Source of the DNA: an uncultured Muribaculaceae bacterium
Lineage (GTDB): Bacteria > Bacteroidota > Bacteroidia > Bacteroidales > Muribaculaceae
Assembly: GCA_910589055.1 (NCBI GenBank)
Contig: CAJURN010000003.1
Span: forward strand, 84,200 to 148,199
DNA: 64,000 nt
Reading direction: 5' to 3'
The translations under genes and the position numbers were made by a program. This document shows, in pieces, positions 39,847 to 49,934 of this stretch. The notes beneath the pieces are model-generated. The model saw only the letters and a program-made list of their open reading frames with translations, had not been told where the DNA came from and did not search any database. Within the stretch, counting starts at the first letter, position 1, and each line of letters starts with the position of its first letter.

Positions 39847-42800
39847 ATGAGCAAAGAAAAGAAATTCTTGACTTGCGATGGTAATCAGGCCGCAGCCCAT
39901 GTGAGCTACATGTTCTCCGAGGTTGCCGCCATCTATCCCATCACGCCCTCTTCGACGATGGCCGAATACGTTGACGAGTGGGCGGCTGCCGGTCGCAAAA
40001 ACATCTTCGGTGAAACAGTCCTCGTGCAGGAAATGCAGTCGGAGGGTGGCGCAGCAGGCGCTGTTCACGGCTCTCTCCAGGCAGGTGCGCTTACCACAAC
40101 CTACACCGCATCGCAGGGTCTGTTGCTGATGATCCCCAATATGTACAAAATCGCAGGCGAGCTGCTTCCGACCGTATTCCACGTGTCGGCACGTACAATC
40201 GCTTCGCATGCGCTTTCAATCTTCGGCGACCATCAGGACGTTATGTCCGTTCGCCAGACAGGTTTCGCCATGCTGGCTGAAGGTTCCGTACAGGAAGTTA
40301 TGGACCTCGCAGGTGTGGCTCACCTCTCGACTATCAAGTCGCGCGTACCTTTCGTGAACTTCTTCGACGGTTTCCGTACATCACACGAAATCCAGAAAAT
40401 CGAGACCGTAGAGGCTGAAGACCTCGCTCCGCTTCTCGACCGTGAGGCTCTTGCCGACTTCCGCAAGCGCGCCCTCACTCCCGACGCTCCCGTTGCCCGC
40501 GGTATGGCTGAAAACGGCGACGTATTCTTCCAGCACCGTGAGGCTTGCAACCGCCACTACGAGGCTGTGCCCGAAATCGTTGAGGCTTACATGGCTGAAA
40601 TCTCCAAGATCACAGGCCGTGAATATCACCTCTTCAACTACTACGGTGCCGCTGATGCCGACCGTGTGATTATCGCCATGGGTTCCGTTACCCAGGCCGC
40701 TCAGGAAGCTATCGACTACCTGAACGCACAGGGTCAGAAGGTAGGTCTCGTTGCCGTTCACCTCTACCGCCCCTTCTCTGCCAAGCATTTCCTCGCTGCC
40801 GTTCCCGCAACTGCAAAGCGCATCGCTGTGCTTGACCGTACAAAAGAACCCGGCGCAAACGGCGAACCTCTCTACCTCGATGTCAAGGAATGTTTCTACG
40901 GCAAGGCTGACGCCCCCGTGATTGTAGGCGGCCGTTACGGTCTCGCTTCCAAGGACACCACTCCCGCCCAGATTATCGAAGTGTTCGAGAACCTCGCTCT
41001 TCCCCAGCCCAAGGATCACTTCACTATCGGTATCATCGACGATGTTACCTTCACCTCGCTTCCTCCCCGTGCCGAAATGGCTCTCGGCGGTGAAAGCACC
41101 TACGAAGCCAAATTCTACGGACTCGGTGCCGACGGTACTGTGGGCGCAAACAAGAACTCCGTGAAGATTATCGGTGACAACACCGACAAATATTGCCAGG
41201 CTTACTTCGCCTACGACTCCAAGAAGTCGGGCGGTTTCACCTGCTCTCACCTCCGTTTCGGTGACGACCCCATCCGTTCCACCTATCTGGTGAACACTCC
41301 TAACTTCGTGGCTTGCCACGTTCAGGCATATCTTAATATGTACGACGTTACCCGCGGTCTCCGCAAGGGTGGCACATTCCTTCTCAACACCATCTGGGAA
41401 GGTGAGGAACTTGCAAAGAACCTCCCCGTACACATCAAGAAGTACTTCGCTGAAAACAACATCACCGTTTATTACATCAACGCAACCAAGATCGCTCAGG
41501 AAATCGGTCTCGGCAACCGTACCAACACCATCCTCCAGAGCGCTTTCTTCCGCATCACCGAGGTTATCCCCGTTGACCTTGCCATCGAGCAGATGAAGAA
41601 ATTCATCGTCAAGAGCTACGGCAAGAAGGGTCAGGACGTTGTTGACAAGAACTATGCCGCAGTTGACCGCGGTGGCGAATACAAGAAACTCGACGTTGAT
41701 CCCGCATGGGCAGCTCTCGAGGTTCCTGCAAAGGCCGCTAACGATGATCCCGCGTTCATCAACGATATCGTTCGTCCTATCAACGCTCAGATGGGCGACG
41801 ACCTGAAAGTTTCCGACTTCGCCGCAATTCCCGACGGAACATGGCACCAGGGCACAGCTGCTTACGAAAAACGCGGTGTTGCCGCTTTCGTTCCCGAATG
41901 GCTCGAAGAAAACTGTATCCAGTGTAACAAGTGTGCTTACGTCTGCCCCCACGCCTCCATCCGTCCCTTCGTGCTCGATGAGGCTGAAACCGCAGCTTCT
42001 CCCTTTGGCGAGGCAGGTACAATCCCCGCTCTCGGTCCGTCCTTCAAGGGTATGCGCTTCATCCAGGCTGTCGACGTCCTCGACTGTCTCGGTTGCGGCA
42101 ACTGTGTTGACGTATGTCCCGGCAAGAAGGGCGTGAAGGCTCTCACAATGAAGCCTCTCGAAACCCAGCTCGAGGTTCAGAAAGACTGGACATACTGCGT
42201 GAAGAACGTTACTTCCAAGCAGAATCACGTTGACGTAAAGGCCAACGTGAAGAACAGCCAGTTCGCAACTCCTCTGTTTGAATTCTCCGGCGCTTGCTCC
42301 GGCTGTGGTGAAACTCCCTACGTTAAGCTCATCAGCCAGCTCTTCGGCGATCACGAAATGGTTGCCAACGCAACCGGATGTTCTTCAATCTACTCCGGCT
42401 CGGTTCCTTCGACTCCTTACACCACCAACGCCGCAGGTCACGGTCCCGCTTGGGCCAACTCCCTGTTCGAGGACTTCGCTGAATTCGGTCTCGGTATGAC
42501 TATCGCCACCGAGAAGATGCGCGAACGTCTCGCCGGTCTTATGAAGCAGGCTCAGGAATGTAGCTGCTGCACCGACGAAATCAAGGCTCTCGCCGCACAG
42601 TGGCTCGAAAACTCCCACAGCGCAGGCGTTACCCGCGAAATCGCCGACAAGCTCGTTCCCCTCTGCGAGGCATGCGCTTGCGACATCTGCAAGGGTATCC
42701 TCGAACTCAAGGGCTTCCTTGTAGCACGCTCACAGTGGATTATCGCCGGTGACGGTGCCGCTTACGATATCGGCTTCGGCGGTCTCGACCACGTTCTCGC

Positions 42801-43425
42801 TTCCGGTAAGAATGTCAACGTGCTCGTTGTCGACACCGAGGTCTACTCCAACACCGGCGGTCAGGCTTCCAAGGCTACCCCCGTTGGTGCAATCGCCAAA
42901 TTCGCCGCTTCCGGCAAGCGCATCCGTAAGAAAGACCTCGGCCTCATCGCCTCTACTTACGGCTACGTTTACTGCGCGCAGATTGCAATGGGCGCCGACC
43001 AGGCTCAGACCCTCAAGGCAATCCGCGAGGCAGAGGCTTACAACGGACCTTCCATCATCATCGCCTACGCTCCCTGTATCAACCACGGCATCAAGTCGGG
43101 TATGGGCCACGCACAGGCTGAGGAAGCCCGCGCCGTTGAATGTGGCTACTGGCACCTCTGGCGTTACAACCCCGCTCTCGAAGATGAAGGCAAGAACCCC
43201 TTCACACTCGACAGCAAGGAACCCGCATGGGATAAGTTCGAAGACTTCCTCAAGGGTGAGGTTCGTTACGCTTCCGTAATGAAGCAGTATCCCGCCGAAG
43301 CAGCCGAACTCTTCGCCGCCGCCAAGGATAACGCACGCTGGCGCTACAACAACTACCGCCGTCTCGCTCAGCAGCAGTGGGGTGTAGATCCCGAAGTTGC
43401 AGCAGTTGAGAAAAGCAACGAATAA
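39847..43425 (+). CDS. nifJ: Pyruvate:ferredoxin (flavodoxin) oxidoreductase
   Basis: YPITPS, EMQSEGGA, two CxxCxxCxxxCP motifs, GACSGCGE, GDG..YDIG. Confidence 0.97.
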   Translation: MSKEKKFLTCDGNQAAAHVSYMFSEVAAIYPITPSSTMAEYVDEWAAAGRKNIFGETVLVQEMQSEGGAAGAVHGSLQAGALTTTYTASQGLLLMIPNMYKIAGELLPTVFHVSARTIASHALSIFGDHQDVMSVRQTGFAMLAEGSVQEVMDLAGVAHLSTIKSRVPFVNFFDGFRTSHEIQKIETVEAEDLAPLLDREALADFRKRALTPDAPVARGMAENGDVFFQHREACNRHYEAVPEIVEAYMAEISKITGREYHLFNYYGAADADRVIIAMGSVTQAAQEAIDYLNAQGQKVGLVAVHLYRPFSAKHFLAAVPATAKRIAVLDRTKEPGANGEPLYLDVKECFYGKADAPVIVGGRYGLASKDTTPAQIIEVFENLALPQPKDHFTIGIIDDVTFTSLPPRAEMALGGESTYEAKFYGLGADGTVGANKNSVKIIGDNTDKYCQAYFAYDSKKSGGFTCSHLRFGDDPIRSTYLVNTPNFVACHVQAYLNMYDVTRGLRKGGTFLLNTIWEGEELAKNLPVHIKKYFAENNITVYYINATKIAQEIGLGNRTNTILQSAFFRITEVIPVDLAIEQMKKFIVKSYGKKGQDVVDKNYAAVDRGGEYKKLDVDPAWAALEVPAKAANDDPAFINDIVRPINAQMGDDLKVSDFAAIPDGTWHQGTAAYEKRGVAAFVPEWLEENCIQCNKCAYVCPHASIRPFVLDEAETAASPFGEAGTIPALGPSFKGMRFIQAVDVLDCLGCGNCVDVCPGKKGVKALTMKPLETQLEVQKDWTYCVKNVTSKQNHVDVKANVKNSQFATPLFEFSGACSGCGETPYVKLISQLFGDHEMVANATGCSSIYSGSVPSTPYTTNAAGHGPAWANSLFEDFAEFGLGMTIATEKMRERLAGLMKQAQECSCCTDEIKALAAQWLENSHSAGVTREIADKLVPLCEACACDICKGILELKGFLVARSQWIIAGDGAAYDIGFGGLDHVLASGKNVNVLVVDTEVYSNTGGQASKATPVGAIAKFAASGKRIRKKDLGLIASTYGYVYCAQIAMGADQAQTLKAIREAEAYNGPSIIIAYAPCINHGIKSGMGHAQAEEARAVECGYWHLWRYNPALEDEGKNPFTLDSKEPAWDKFEDFLKGEVRYASVMKQYPAEAAELFAAAKDNARWRYNNYRRLAQQQWGVDPEVAAVEKSNE

Positions 43426-43449
43426 TCCTGAATAATACCTATATACAGC

Positions 43450-43490
43450 GAGAGGGCAACCCCGGTGACGGGGCTGCCCTCTCAATTTTT
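43450..43490 (+). terminator. Intrinsic terminator
   Basis: GAGAGGGCAACCCCG/CGGGGCTGCCCTCTC stem followed by AATTTTT. Confidence 0.8.
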
Positions 43491-43508
43491 CCGGCGATTT
43501 CTGATTGT

Positions 43509-43560
43509 GTCGGGAGCCTCGGACGAGTCGGATGAGTCAGACATGTCAGACATGCCCGAC
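43509..43560. repeat. 9-nt periodic GTC(G/A)GA repeat array
   Basis: GTCGGGAGC CTCGGACGA GTCGGATGA GTCAGACAT GTCAGACAT GCCCGAC. Confidence 0.75.
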
Positions 43561-43620
43561 CCTCCCGATTTATCTGCCGGAAATGGCGAAGATTTATTTG
43601 GTTGAGTTGGGAAATTTTCG

Positions 43621-43628
43621 TAACTTTG
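43621..43628 (+). promoter_or_regulatory. -7 promoter element of gyrB
   Basis: TAACTTTG, with TTTG at 43597-43600 as a candidate -33. Confidence 0.7.
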
Positions 43629-43672
43629 TTTGCTAATTCATACACGATAATATAGTTTTATCCAAACACAAT

Positions 43673-45604
43673 ATGGCAGAACAAAAAGAGGAATACAGCG
43701 CAAGTAATATTCAAGTCCTCGAGGGCCTTGAAGCCGTGCGCAAACGTCCTGCGATGTATATCGGCGACATATCCGAAAAAGGTCTTCATCATCTTGTCTA
43801 CGAAGTCGTGGACAACTCCATCGACGAGGCTCTTGCCGGTTACGCCACCGATATTCACGTCACCATCAATGCCGACAATTCCATCACTGTTGTTGACAAC
43901 GGTCGAGGAATTCCTGTCGACATGCACGAAAAAGAACATAAGAGTGCCCTTGAGGTTGTGCTCACCGTGCTTCATGCCGGCGGTAAGTTCGACAAGGGCT
44001 CATATAAGGTTTCCGGCGGCCTGCACGGCGTGGGCGTGTCCTGCGTGAACGCGCTTTCCACCTATCTGCGCGCCGAGGTGCGCCGTAACGGCAAAATCTA
44101 TGCCCAGGAGTACAGCTGCGGCAAGCCTACCACCGAACTCATGATTGTTGGCGAGAGCGATACCACCGGTACTACCGTGACATTCAAGCCCGACGGTTCG
44201 ATTTTCACCACAACCGAATACGTTTATGCCACCCTTGCGCAGCGTCTGCGTGATCTCGCTTTCCTTAACGCGGGAATCACACTCCACCTGTGCGACATGC
44301 GTGACCTCGATGCCGACGGCAATCCCCGCAAGGAAACTTTCTACTCGAAGGAAGGTCTTCGCGAGTTCGTTGAATACATCGACTCAAGCAAGGAATCGCT
44401 TATCAACGATGTTATCCACCTCAATACCGAGCGTCAGGGTATTCCCGTTGAAGTGGCGTTGACCTACAACACTACCTCCAACGAGAATATCTACTCCTAC
44501 GTCAACAACATCCACACAATCGAAGGCGGTACACACCTTACAGGTTTCCGCGGCGGTCTCACCACTACTCTAAAAAAGTACGCCGAGGATAATAACCTGC
44601 TCAAGAACGCCAAGGTGGAAATCAACAGCGAAGACTTCCGCGACGGTCTCACAGCCGTTATCTCCGTCAAGGTGATGGAGCCTCAGTTCGAGGGTCAGAC
44701 AAAGACCAAACTCGGCAACAACGAGGTAGCTCCCGCCGTGCGTGCCGCAGTGAGTGAGGCGCTTGCCAACTATCTCGAGGAAAATCCCAAGGAAGCCAAG
44801 GTGATTGTCGAAAAGGTGATTCTCGCCGCCCAGGCCCGCCATGCTGCCCAGGAGGCCCGCCGCAAAGTGCTCCGCAAGACTCCGCTGGTCGGAGGTGGAC
44901 TTCCCGGCAAGCTCTGGGACTGCTCTTCGCGAACCGCCGAGGACTGCGAGCTCTTCCTTGTCGAAGGTGACTCCGCGGGTGGTACTGCCAAGCAGGCCCG
45001 CGACCGCGTTTTCCAGGCTATTCTTCCTCTGCGAGGTAAGATCCTGAATGTGGAAAAGGCGATGGAACACCGAATTTTCGACAGCGACGAAATCACCAAT
45101 ATGTTCCGTGCGCTCCGCGTGACTATCGGAACGGAGGAAGACCCCAAGGCGCCCAACCTCAGCAAACTCGCCTATCACAAGATCATCATCATGACCGATG
45201 CCGACGTCGACGGTGCCCATATCGCAACCCTGCTGATGACCTTCTTCTTCCGCCGCATGCGCCCCATCATCGAGCAAGGCTACCTCTACCTCGCCACCCC
45301 GCCGCTCTACAAGTGCAAGCTCGGTAAGGTCGAGGAATATTGCTGGACCGACCAGCAGGTGCAGCAGTTCATATCCAAGTACGGCGAGCGCACCACCATC
45401 CAGCGTTACAAAGGTCTTGGTGAGATGAGCGACAAGGAGCTTCGCGACACCACTATGAGTCCCGAACACCGCATGCTTAAGCAAGTGCAGATCACGGATG
45501 CGGCTGAAGCCGACCGAATTTTCTCAATGCTTATGGGCGAGGACGTGGGTCCGCGACGCGATTTCATTGAGTCAAACGCCAACTACGCGAACATTGACGC
45601 ATAA
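43673..45604 (+). CDS. gyrB: DNA gyrase subunit B
   Basis: EVVDNSIDE, DNGRG, GGLHGVG, EGDSAGG, PLRGK, MTDADVDG, QRYKGLGEM. Confidence 0.96.
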   Translation: MAEQKEEYSASNIQVLEGLEAVRKRPAMYIGDISEKGLHHLVYEVVDNSIDEALAGYATDIHVTINADNSITVVDNGRGIPVDMHEKEHKSALEVVLTVLHAGGKFDKGSYKVSGGLHGVGVSCVNALSTYLRAEVRRNGKIYAQEYSCGKPTTELMIVGESDTTGTTVTFKPDGSIFTTTEYVYATLAQRLRDLAFLNAGITLHLCDMRDLDADGNPRKETFYSKEGLREFVEYIDSSKESLINDVIHLNTERQGIPVEVALTYNTTSNENIYSYVNNIHTIEGGTHLTGFRGGLTTTLKKYAEDNNLLKNAKVEINSEDFRDGLTAVISVKVMEPQFEGQTKTKLGNNEVAPAVRAAVSEALANYLEENPKEAKVIVEKVILAAQARHAAQEARRKVLRKTPLVGGGLPGKLWDCSSRTAEDCELFLVEGDSAGGTAKQARDRVFQAILPLRGKILNVEKAMEHRIFDSDEITNMFRALRVTIGTEEDPKAPNLSKLAYHKIIIMTDADVDGAHIATLLMTFFFRRMRPIIEQGYLYLATPPLYKCKLGKVEEYCWTDQQVQQFISKYGERTTIQRYKGLGEMSDKELRDTTMSPEHRMLKQVQITDAAEADRIFSMLMGEDVGPRRDFIESNANYANIDA

Positions 45605-45618
45605 AACTTTTTAATTGT

Positions 45619-45659
45619 CTGACGGGAGCATCAAACGTTATGCCCCCGTCAGGTGTTTT
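45619..45659 (+). terminator. Hairpin or weak terminator between gyrB and rnr
   Basis: CTGACGGGAGCAT/ATGCCCCCGTCAG stem followed by GTGTTTT. Confidence 0.55.
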
Positions 45660-45710
45660 AAGGGTATAACTTTTTATCGCGATTCTATCATTATCTAAAA
45701 TCCATCACGT

Positions 45711-47960
45711 ATGGCACGTTCAACTAAAGCAAAACTCCAGCAGAAACAGCTCCGCGAAGCTGTCGACAAATATATCGCCGGACAGAATAACGGCACTTTC
45801 AACTACAAACAGGTATCTCATGCGGTAGGTGTGGACCAGCCGGCCCATCACCGCGCGGTGGCTCTCTATCTGGCAGAACTTGCTTTTGACGGCGACATTA
45901 TCGAGGTCGCCCCCGGCAAGTACAAGACTCCGCAGCGTACGGTGTCGGCCGAGGGCGTTTTCGTGCGTCGCTCGAACGGCAAGAACAGCGTGATTACCGA
46001 TGAGGACGGCGAGCCGCTTTTTGTGGCCGAGCGCAATTCCATGCACGCTCTCAATGGCGACCGTGTGCGCGTGGCCGTTGCCGCACGCGTCAAGGGTAAG
46101 GAACCCGAGGCCATCGTTACCGAGATTATCGAGAAAAAAGACCAGACTTTCATTGGCACACTTCAGGTCGACAAATATTTCGCCTACCTGCTTACCGATT
46201 CAAAATATCTTGCCTCCGACATCTTTATTCCCAAGGGCAAACTCAAGGGCGGAAAGACCGGCGACAAGGCTATCGTACGTATCACCCATTGGCCCGAAGA
46301 TGCCAAGAATCCTCAGGGTGAGATAGTTGATATTCTCGGAAAGGCTGGCGAGAACAATGCCGAGATTCATGCCATCCTGGCTGAATTCGGGCTGCCCTAC
46401 AAGTATCCCGAGGCTGTTGAGAAGGCTGCCGAGAAGATTGATGCAGGTATTACTCCGGAGGTTGTCGCAGCCCGCGAGGATATGCGCGATGTCACCACCT
46501 TCACCATCGACCCCAAGGATGCCAAGGACTTTGACGACGCGCTTTCAATCCGCACTCTCCCCAATGGTAATTACGAAGTGGGCGTACACATCGCCGATGT
46601 GACCCATTACGTGCGCCCTGACACTATCCTCGACCGTGAGGCCCGCTCGCGTGCCACATCCGTGTATCTTGTGGACCGCGTTGTGCCCATGCTTCCCGAG
46701 CATCTTTCCAACGGTATCTGCTCCCTTCGTCCCGATGAGGATAAGCTCACTTTCTCGTGCATTTTCGAGATGACGCCTGCCGGAAAGGTTGTTAATTCCC
46801 GCATCGCACGCACTGTGACACGAAGCAACCGCCGCTTTACATATGAAGAGGCTCAGGAAGTTATCGAGACCGGCAAGGGCGATTACGCCGAGGAAATACT
46901 TGCGCTCGACAGCATGGCTAAGATCCTACGCAAGGAACGCTACGACAATGGTTCGGTAGAATTTGACCGCGTTGAGGTACGCTTCGATATTGATGAGAAC
47001 GGACATCCCACATCGGTGTTCTTCAAGGAATCCAAGGATGCCAACAAGCTCATCGAGGAATTCATGCTCCTTGCCAACAAGACTGTTGCCGCGACAATAG
47101 GCATTGCGCCCAAGAAAAAGAAAGCCAAGGCATTTGTATACCGTGTACACGACCAGCCTGATCCCTCCAAACTTGCCGACCTTGCAACTCTGTCGCGTAC
47201 CTTCGGCTACAAACTCAAGACCACGGGCAAGCCTGCCGAAATCAATCGCTCAATCAACCGTATGCTTGTGGATGTCAAGGGTAAAGGTGAGGAGAATTTC
47301 CTTTCCACACTTGCTATCCGCTCCATGGCAAAAGCTATTTATACCACTACGAACATCGGCCACTATGGTCTCGGTTTCGACTACTACACCCACTTTACTT
47401 CGCCCATCCGCCGCTATCCGGACATGATGGTACACCGCCTTCTTGAGCGCTATCTCGCAGGTGGCAGAAGCGTGAATGTAGAGAAGCTCGAGGAACAGTG
47501 CAAGCACTCGTCCGACATGGAGCAGCTTGCCGCCAATGCCGAGCGCGCATCCATCAAGTACAAGCAGGTCGAATACATGAACGACCGTCTCGGACAGGTA
47601 TTTTCCGGTGTAATTTCTGGCGTTACCGAATGGGGACTCTATGTCGAGCTTGACGAGAACAAGTGCGAAGGTCTTGTGCCGATGCGCGACCTCGCCGATG
47701 ATTTCTATGATTTCGACCAGGCGAATTATTGTCTCGTGGGCCGCAAGCACAACAACCGCTATCGTCTCGGCGATTTGGTGCAGGTGCAGGTTGCGCGCTG
47801 CAATCTCGAAAAGAAACAGCTTGATTTCGTGATTGTTGACGAAAAGCATCCCGCCCGTTCGCTCGATACCCTCGGCGAGGGAAAAGCTGCTGCGAAGGCG
47901 GCTTCCGAAGGTCGCAAGGAAAAGAAATCACGTCAGGGCAAGGGACGCCGCAAGAAATAA
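45711..47960 (+). CDS. rnr: Ribonuclease R
   Basis: TIDPKDAKDFDDA, HFTSPIRRYPD, S1 domain, basic tail. Confidence 0.95.
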   Translation: MARSTKAKLQQKQLREAVDKYIAGQNNGTFNYKQVSHAVGVDQPAHHRAVALYLAELAFDGDIIEVAPGKYKTPQRTVSAEGVFVRRSNGKNSVITDEDGEPLFVAERNSMHALNGDRVRVAVAARVKGKEPEAIVTEIIEKKDQTFIGTLQVDKYFAYLLTDSKYLASDIFIPKGKLKGGKTGDKAIVRITHWPEDAKNPQGEIVDILGKAGENNAEIHAILAEFGLPYKYPEAVEKAAEKIDAGITPEVVAAREDMRDVTTFTIDPKDAKDFDDALSIRTLPNGNYEVGVHIADVTHYVRPDTILDREARSRATSVYLVDRVVPMLPEHLSNGICSLRPDEDKLTFSCIFEMTPAGKVVNSRIARTVTRSNRRFTYEEAQEVIETGKGDYAEEILALDSMAKILRKERYDNGSVEFDRVEVRFDIDENGHPTSVFFKESKDANKLIEEFMLLANKTVAATIGIAPKKKKAKAFVYRVHDQPDPSKLADLATLSRTFGYKLKTTGKPAEINRSINRMLVDVKGKGEENFLSTLAIRSMAKAIYTTTNIGHYGLGFDYYTHFTSPIRRYPDMMVHRLLERYLAGGRSVNVEKLEEQCKHSSDMEQLAANAERASIKYKQVEYMNDRLGQVFSGVISGVTEWGLYVELDENKCEGLVPMRDLADDFYDFDQANYCLVGRKHNNRYRLGDLVQVQVARCNLEKKQLDFVIVDEKHPARSLDTLGEGKAAAKAASEGRKEKKSRQGKGRRKK

Positions 47961-47970
47961 TTCCGGTTTT

Positions 47971-48333
47971 ATGGATAAAGGACAAACCCGTATCGAAATC
48001 CGGGGACTGAAGATTTATGCCTATCACGGTTGCTCCGAGCAGGAGCAGACCGTGGGCAATGAATTTTCGGTAGACCTTGTGATTCGTTTTGATGCCGACC
48101 TCGCAATGCGCACCGACCGTCTGGACAGTACTATAAATTATGGTGATGTCGTTGAGGTGATTAAGGCTGAAATGGCTATCCCTTCCAAGTTGATTGAGAA
48201 TGTGGCCTATCGTATTGCCGTGGCTGTGCAGCGCCGTTTTGGAATTGTTGAAAGCGGAGAAGTGAGGGTGTCGAAACTGTGTCCGCCTATGGGCGTCCAG
48301 CTCGATTGTGTTACCTTTGTATATAACTGGTAG
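47971..48333 (+). CDS. folB: Dihydroneopterin aldolase
   Basis: AYHG...E...GNEF.VD, TINY, LIE.VA, K..PP. ATG lies 10 nt after the rnr stop. Confidence 0.93.
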   Translation: MDKGQTRIEIRGLKIYAYHGCSEQEQTVGNEFSVDLVIRFDADLAMRTDRLDSTINYGDVVEVIKAEMAIPSKLIENVAYRIAVAVQRRFGIVESGEVRVSKLCPPMGVQLDCVTFVYNW

Positions 48334-48371
48334 TTAGAACAGAATAAAAACAGAAGGCGCTATGCCCGGAC

Positions 48372-49556
48372 TCAGGTCCAGGTGTAGCGCTTTTGTTTTC
48401 CGATGCGTGTGCGGATTCGATGCCACATTCTGCGTGCGGGATAAGTGGCTGCAAGCCAGGGTAGGGTGAGCAGCATTTTGCGCGAGCGCAGTGCTGACAT
48501 GGCCGAGCGCCAGACGAGGATATCCATCACGATAAGCGCGATGATGAACGCTGCGGCTCCTGTGGCCGGAAGCAGGTTGGGGTAGGAGAGGGCGCCTCCG
48601 GCTATGCCTGTGCCGAGGGCTACGAACTGGAGCCAGCCTGACATAGGAATCAGGAAGCGCGGGCGGCGACTGATTTTGCTTTCGGTGAAGCAACGGCGCA
48701 GGGCACGTTCGCTGAAGTTGCGCGGATGGTTGCCGTATCTCAGGCGAACGACAGATTCGCGGGATAATTCAACCGCGGTGTTTTTCTTGTTGGCAATCTC
48801 GCTGATGAAAATGTCGTCGTCGCCGTAATGGAGATTGAGCGAGCGGGCGAATCCGTTATTTCTCAAAAATACATCTTTGGTATATGCGAGGTTGTACTCG
48901 GTGCCGCGGAACGGATGTCCGGCAAGCGCTGTGCTTATCCATCGTGCGCTGTCGGCTGTATAATCGAAGGCTCTCTGGCGGCATCCGTGTGCCGTGTCCT
49001 CCGAGGGGTCGACATAGGCATAGCCGAGAACGATTTCCACGGGTGAGCCCGGGCTGAACTGGCGCATCATGCGCTGGAGCCATAATTCCGATTCCACCAT
49101 GGCGGCACTCGTGGTGAGCACTACTGCGGGGTAGCGGGCGGCCTTGACGCCGAGCGTCACGGCGAGTTTCTTGCGGCTGAGATTACGCACGCCGTCGGGG
49201 GTGAATGTGAGGTAGAGATTGTGATGTACCGCGCGCAGAGCCGAAACTGCATCGCGAATGTCGGCAGATTCGCCCTCGTTTACAACTATTATTTCATATG
49301 GAGCAGGGTAGTCCTGCCGCAACAGCACCGGAAGAAGTTCGGAGAGGTTGTCGGCATCGCCTTGCGAGTAGACGATGACTGAGGCGGGAAGATATTCGTT
49401 GTCGGGCTTTTCGGGGCGTCGGAGCGATGAATCTTCCTCGAATTTCGCCACTCGGGCCACTCTCAGCATGTATATCAGGCCTGTGAGCACCACGCTCAGT
49501 GCGCAGATGCCAAGCAGAATCAGGGTGACGGGGTCGTCGGTAAGATAGAAGTACAC
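48372..49556 (-). CDS. Membrane GT2-family glycosyltransferase homolog with degenerate DxD
   Basis: QDYP.YEIIVVN, SRKKLA..LG.KAA, GDDDIF, N- and C-terminal TM helices. The track start (49583) falls inside the -7 element TAATTTTG (49581-49588), so GTG 49556 is preferred. Confidence 0.8.
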   Translation of the reverse strand: MYFYLTDDPVTLILLGICALSVVLTGLIYMLRVARVAKFEEDSSLRRPEKPDNEYLPASVIVYSQGDADNLSELLPVLLRQDYPAPYEIIVVNEGESADIRDAVSALRAVHHNLYLTFTPDGVRNLSRKKLAVTLGVKAARYPAVVLTTSAAMVESELWLQRMMRQFSPGSPVEIVLGYAYVDPSEDTAHGCRQRAFDYTADSARWISTALAGHPFRGTEYNLAYTKDVFLRNNGFARSLNLHYGDDDIFISEIANKKNTAVELSRESVVRLRYGNHPRNFSERALRRCFTESKISRRPRFLIPMSGWLQFVALGTGIAGGALSYPNLLPATGAAAFIIALIVMDILVWRSAMSALRSRKMLLTLPWLAATYPARRMWHRIRTRIGKQKRYTWT

Positions 49557-49655
49557 TTGCAGTAGGATTAGAATTAAGTGCAAAATTAGGGAAAATCCGC
49601 AATAACGGCAATAAAAAACTTGCGGGAGATTTTATGGCCGCTTGCGGGCGCGGGA

Positions 49656-49709
49656 ATCGGACTTGTCCGACCGGTCCGACAAGTCCGGCTCGTCTGGCTT
49701 GTCGGAATT
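49656..49709. repeat. 9-nt periodic GTC repeat array with internal palindrome
   Basis: ATCGGACTT GTCCGACCG GTCCGACAA GTCCGGCTC GTCTGGCTT GTCGGAATT; CGGACTTGTC/GACAAGTCCG stem. Confidence 0.75.
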
Positions 49710-49757
49710 TCGCCGGATTCCGCCGCAGATTTTAGAACGAAAAAAATATCGTAATTG

Positions 49758-49789
49758 TTTGGCTGTTAGAAAATAAATCGCTAACTTTG
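49758..49789 (+). promoter_or_regulatory. Canonical Bacteroidetes promoter of the str cluster
   Basis: TTTG (49758-61), 20-nt spacer, TAACTTTG (49782-89). Confidence 0.8.
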
Positions 49790-49934
49790 CGGTGGAAAAA
49801 TGCGTCCGTGTGCGTCATTTCATCGCCAAGGTCTTGATAGACAGAGGGATGAGTGGCGGATTCGGTGCGTTAACAACGATATTAAAAGAAACAAGAACAT
49901 ACAGTAATTTTTAAGTAAAACTAAACAAACTAAG

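Noticed and set aside
40381..42354. 657-aa antisense ORF within nifJ
   Set aside because: Shadow ORF produced by the strong codon bias of a highly expressed gene; no recognisable motifs.
43509..49709. Short repeat arrays as CRISPR
   Set aside because: Units are 9 nt, degenerate and contiguous, with no spacers and no cas genes.
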